Shown here: one piece after another, positions 45,606-47,910 of the stretch | Layout of the letters: every line of letters begins with the position of its first letter | How positions within the stretch are numbered: the first letter of the stretch is position 1 | Assembly (NCBI GenBank): GCA_964549615.1 | Contig: CAZJVP010000084.1 | Span: 1 to 47,910 of the forward strand | Length of the DNA: 47,910 nucleotides | DNA from: an uncultured Thermococci archaeon | GTDB taxonomy: Archaea; CAYQAE01; CAYVLA01 | Reading direction: 5' to 3' | The notes under the pieces: model-generated | The model's database searches: none | What the model was told of the DNA's origin: nothing | Seen by the model: the letters and a program-made list of their open reading frames with translations, nothing else | Translations under genes and position numbers: made by a program

Positions 45606-46802
45606 ATGATCGACTACAAGGTTCGTTGCCTCAGAAAAAGCGAGCTTGAGGACATGATCGCCCTCACATCGACGGCCTACAACGCCGACCCCGAAACCTT
45701 TAGGAGGATATACGAGAGCGACCCATTCTACGATTTCCACCTGACGAGGGTCGCGGATCTTGACGGAAAGCTCATCGCCTATCTCAGAGCCGCGCCCCGG
45801 ACCATATGGATAGGCGGAAGCAAGCTCAGGATGGGCGGGATAGCGGAGGTGTGCACCCTTCAACCCTACCGAAGGATGGGAATAGCCACACGTCTGCTTC
45901 GGGACATGATTTGCCTCATGATCCGAAAGAAGTTTCCAGTTTCGATGCTCTACGGCAGAGACACATTCTACCGAAGGGTCGGCTACGAGCGCGCGATGGT
46001 AGTTCACTGGGTCCGGGCTCCGAGGCAGGTCCTTCCTGGGTACGCTGAACGTCAGAACATGCGCGACTTCGAAATGGCAGACCTACCGGCCGTCATGAAG
46101 GCCTACGACCTCACCTACGGCCGTCGCTCGTGCGCGATGACGCGAAATGAGGTCCACTGGAAGGTAAGGATCCTCGGACGTTCGAGGGTCAGGGTTTACG
46201 ACAGGGCGGGCATCAAGGGGTACTACGCATACAATACGAGGGACGAGAAGGTGAATGGCGGAACGAGGAAGGTCCTTTTCGTCGAGGAGGCCGGCTTCCG
46301 CGGCCCAGAGGCCATCCGCGGCATCATCGGCGATCTGGGCCGGTTTGAGGACTGTGAGATCATCGCATACGGGGGACCGCCCGGTGACAAGATCCTCGGC
46401 GGATTGTCGGTGCCCGGGTCCTCCGTTTCCGTGGGTTTCAGCGGGATGTTTAGGGTGAATGATGTCATGGCTACCCTGGAGTCGCTTCGGAATGAATTCG
46501 CAGGTTTTCGCGGGAAACTCGCCCTGAGGGTTCGAGATGACGTCATCCCGGGAAACTCTGGCGCTTTCACGATCGATGGCTCCGGATCCGAGACGGCGAT
46601 ATCTAGGGGAGAACCGGCCGATGGATGCCAATGGTTGGACGTCGACATCCGTGAACTATCGCAACTGGTTCCGGGCACCCTGTCGGTGGCGCACCTTGCG
46701 TCCATCGGGAAGATAGCATTTTCGTCCGGAAAGGCCCTGAGCCTCGCGGAAAGACTGTTCCCCGCTCGCTGCCCGTTTCAGCCGTCTCTTGATCATTTCT
46801 GA
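45606..46802 (+). CDS. Eis-like tandem GNAT acetyltransferase with an SCP2-like C-terminal domain
   Basis: GGIAEVCT.QPYRRMGIA..L, SMLY...FYRRVGY, MFRVND, LRVRDD..PGNSG.F, DIRELSQL, C-terminal ...DHF. Confidence 0.85.
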   Translation: MIDYKVRCLRKSELEDMIALTSTAYNADPETFRRIYESDPFYDFHLTRVADLDGKLIAYLRAAPRTIWIGGSKLRMGGIAEVCTLQPYRRMGIATRLLRDMICLMIRKKFPVSMLYGRDTFYRRVGYERAMVVHWVRAPRQVLPGYAERQNMRDFEMADLPAVMKAYDLTYGRRSCAMTRNEVHWKVRILGRSRVRVYDRAGIKGYYAYNTRDEKVNGGTRKVLFVEEAGFRGPEAIRGIIGDLGRFEDCEIIAYGGPPGDKILGGLSVPGSSVSVGFSGMFRVNDVMATLESLRNEFAGFRGKLALRVRDDVIPGNSGAFTIDGSGSETAISRGEPADGCQWLDVDIRELSQLVPGTLSVAHLASIGKIAFSSGKALSLAERLFPARCPFQPSLDHF

Positions 46803-47102
46803 CCGGGCCCATGTGAAGTTCTTGGATCATAGCCCCGCTGACAGCCCAAGCCGGGGGCTTATTCGGAAGGCCGGTTCGCTTGGCCCGAAGTCTGGACCTT
46901 CCGGCGGCTTCAGTAGTTCCGAAGGTTGGTTTTTGGGGATTCTGTTAATCTTTGAAACGATTCCGGGTCAGAGCGTCTAGTTCCCTGCCCGATTCAGGAT
47001 GAAAGTTATCAGATGCCCCCCTCCCTCCACAAAAGGGTTTGACACCAACCCCCTCAGAGGGGAGGTGTTGAACTTTGAGACGTGGTAAGGAGGGGAAGCA
47101 GG

Positions 47103-47910
47103 ATGAGAAGCCCGCTTGTTGTATTTAAATCGCTGCCAAGGCTCCTGGCCAGAACCATCCGCATACCCATCGCCAGATACGCCCAGTACAAACCGGACAA
47201 GATCTGGGGAATGGCCATACTCACAGCAATGAACCAGACCAGCCTGGAACAGACAAAAAGACTCCAAAAACAACTGCACAGAAGCCTCACCCCATCGAAG
47301 AGACAGGCCAAGAAGACCAGAGAGGCCGAGCATGAGCTATCCTCCCCTGACACCGTCCTCTACCACCTCCACAAGCTCGGGGTCGGTGAGCTGACCGAAC
47401 GCTTCAACCAGATCATCGCACAACAGGTCAAAGAAGCCAAGAAGAGGGGCATGATCCCTAAGACAAGGATGGGGAAAGGCGTGGTGCTGGCCCTGGATAC
47501 GACCAGCCAGCCCTACTACGGCAAGAAGAAGAACCGGTGGATACTGGGCTGTAAGAGGAAGGCCGGCACAAACTGGGCCTACACCATGACTACCATAGAG
47601 GTTGTTGAGAAGAACAAGAGACTCTGCCTGGCAGCCCAACCGGTCAACCAGCTGGTGAAGATCAAGAAGATCGTTTACAGGTTGGTCAGAGCGGCCAGGA
47701 GGCATGTTAGGATCAGACTGCTCCTTTTGGACCGCGGATTCTTCTCCATAGAGGTCATACAGAGTTTGAACAGACACAGGATACCGTGGCTCATGCCAGT
47801 CATCAAGAACAGGGAGATAGAGGAGAAGGCCAACGCCATCTACCGGGAGAGGAAAACAGCTGTGGTAAGCCACATCCTTGGGGACAAGAAGAAGAGGAAG
47901 GGTAGAAGGC
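47103..47910 (+). mobile_element. ISH3-family DDE transposase, truncated by the window end
   Basis: Open frame from ATG 47103 to the end of the window: SPDTVLYHL, LALDTTSQPYYG, KAGTNWAY, LLDRGFFS.EVI, WLMP. Absent from the ORF track because it has no stop. Confidence 0.85.

Noticed and set aside
1-47910. CRISPR array, cas genes, rRNA genes, integrase
   Set aside because: I saw no regularly spaced repeats or diagnostic motifs on either strand.

Overview
Archaeal chromosomal window, GC-rich. The domain is shown by eS1/S3Ae, uS15, TiaS, KEOPS Pcc1, type II Met aminopeptidase and archaeal TATA/GGAGGTGA signals; the lineage cannot be fixed from the sequence alone. Bases 1-3450 look like the decayed end of an island integrated at the 3' end of tRNA-Leu(CAG). 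This part holds a secreted Ca-binding-repeat protein, a membrane protein, a probable transposase scar and a triple-lesioned PD-(D/E)XK nuclease pseudogene. About 3.6-22 kb is mostly a housekeeping, translation and tRNA-modification block: Trm5-like, YchF, Pcc1, RecJ-like DHH, uS15, RdgB, eS1, TiaS, HTH regulator, THUMP, Nnr, Lrp, GatC, EngB, S16 protease, TauE and an NTase-like/kinase fusion. About 22-35 kb carries sugar-catabolic genes of unknown substrate, a superoxide reductase and a PAS protein. An IS66/trxB scar, arsC and a pst operon with fused PstC-PstA follow. The window ends with a surface protein, map, an unclassified glycoside-hydrolase-like protein, an Eis-like GNAT and a truncated ISH3-like transposase. 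The most notable unexplained items are a ~166-nt four-way-junction RNA candidate at 19960-20125, a second structured intergenic element at 42899-43020, a hidden 28-aa membrane microprotein coupled on both sides, an apparently circularly permuted surface domain with a VPE-type sorting tail, and a possible G-tract frameshift switch in the island's surface gene. All RNA structures were paired by eye; no searches were run.
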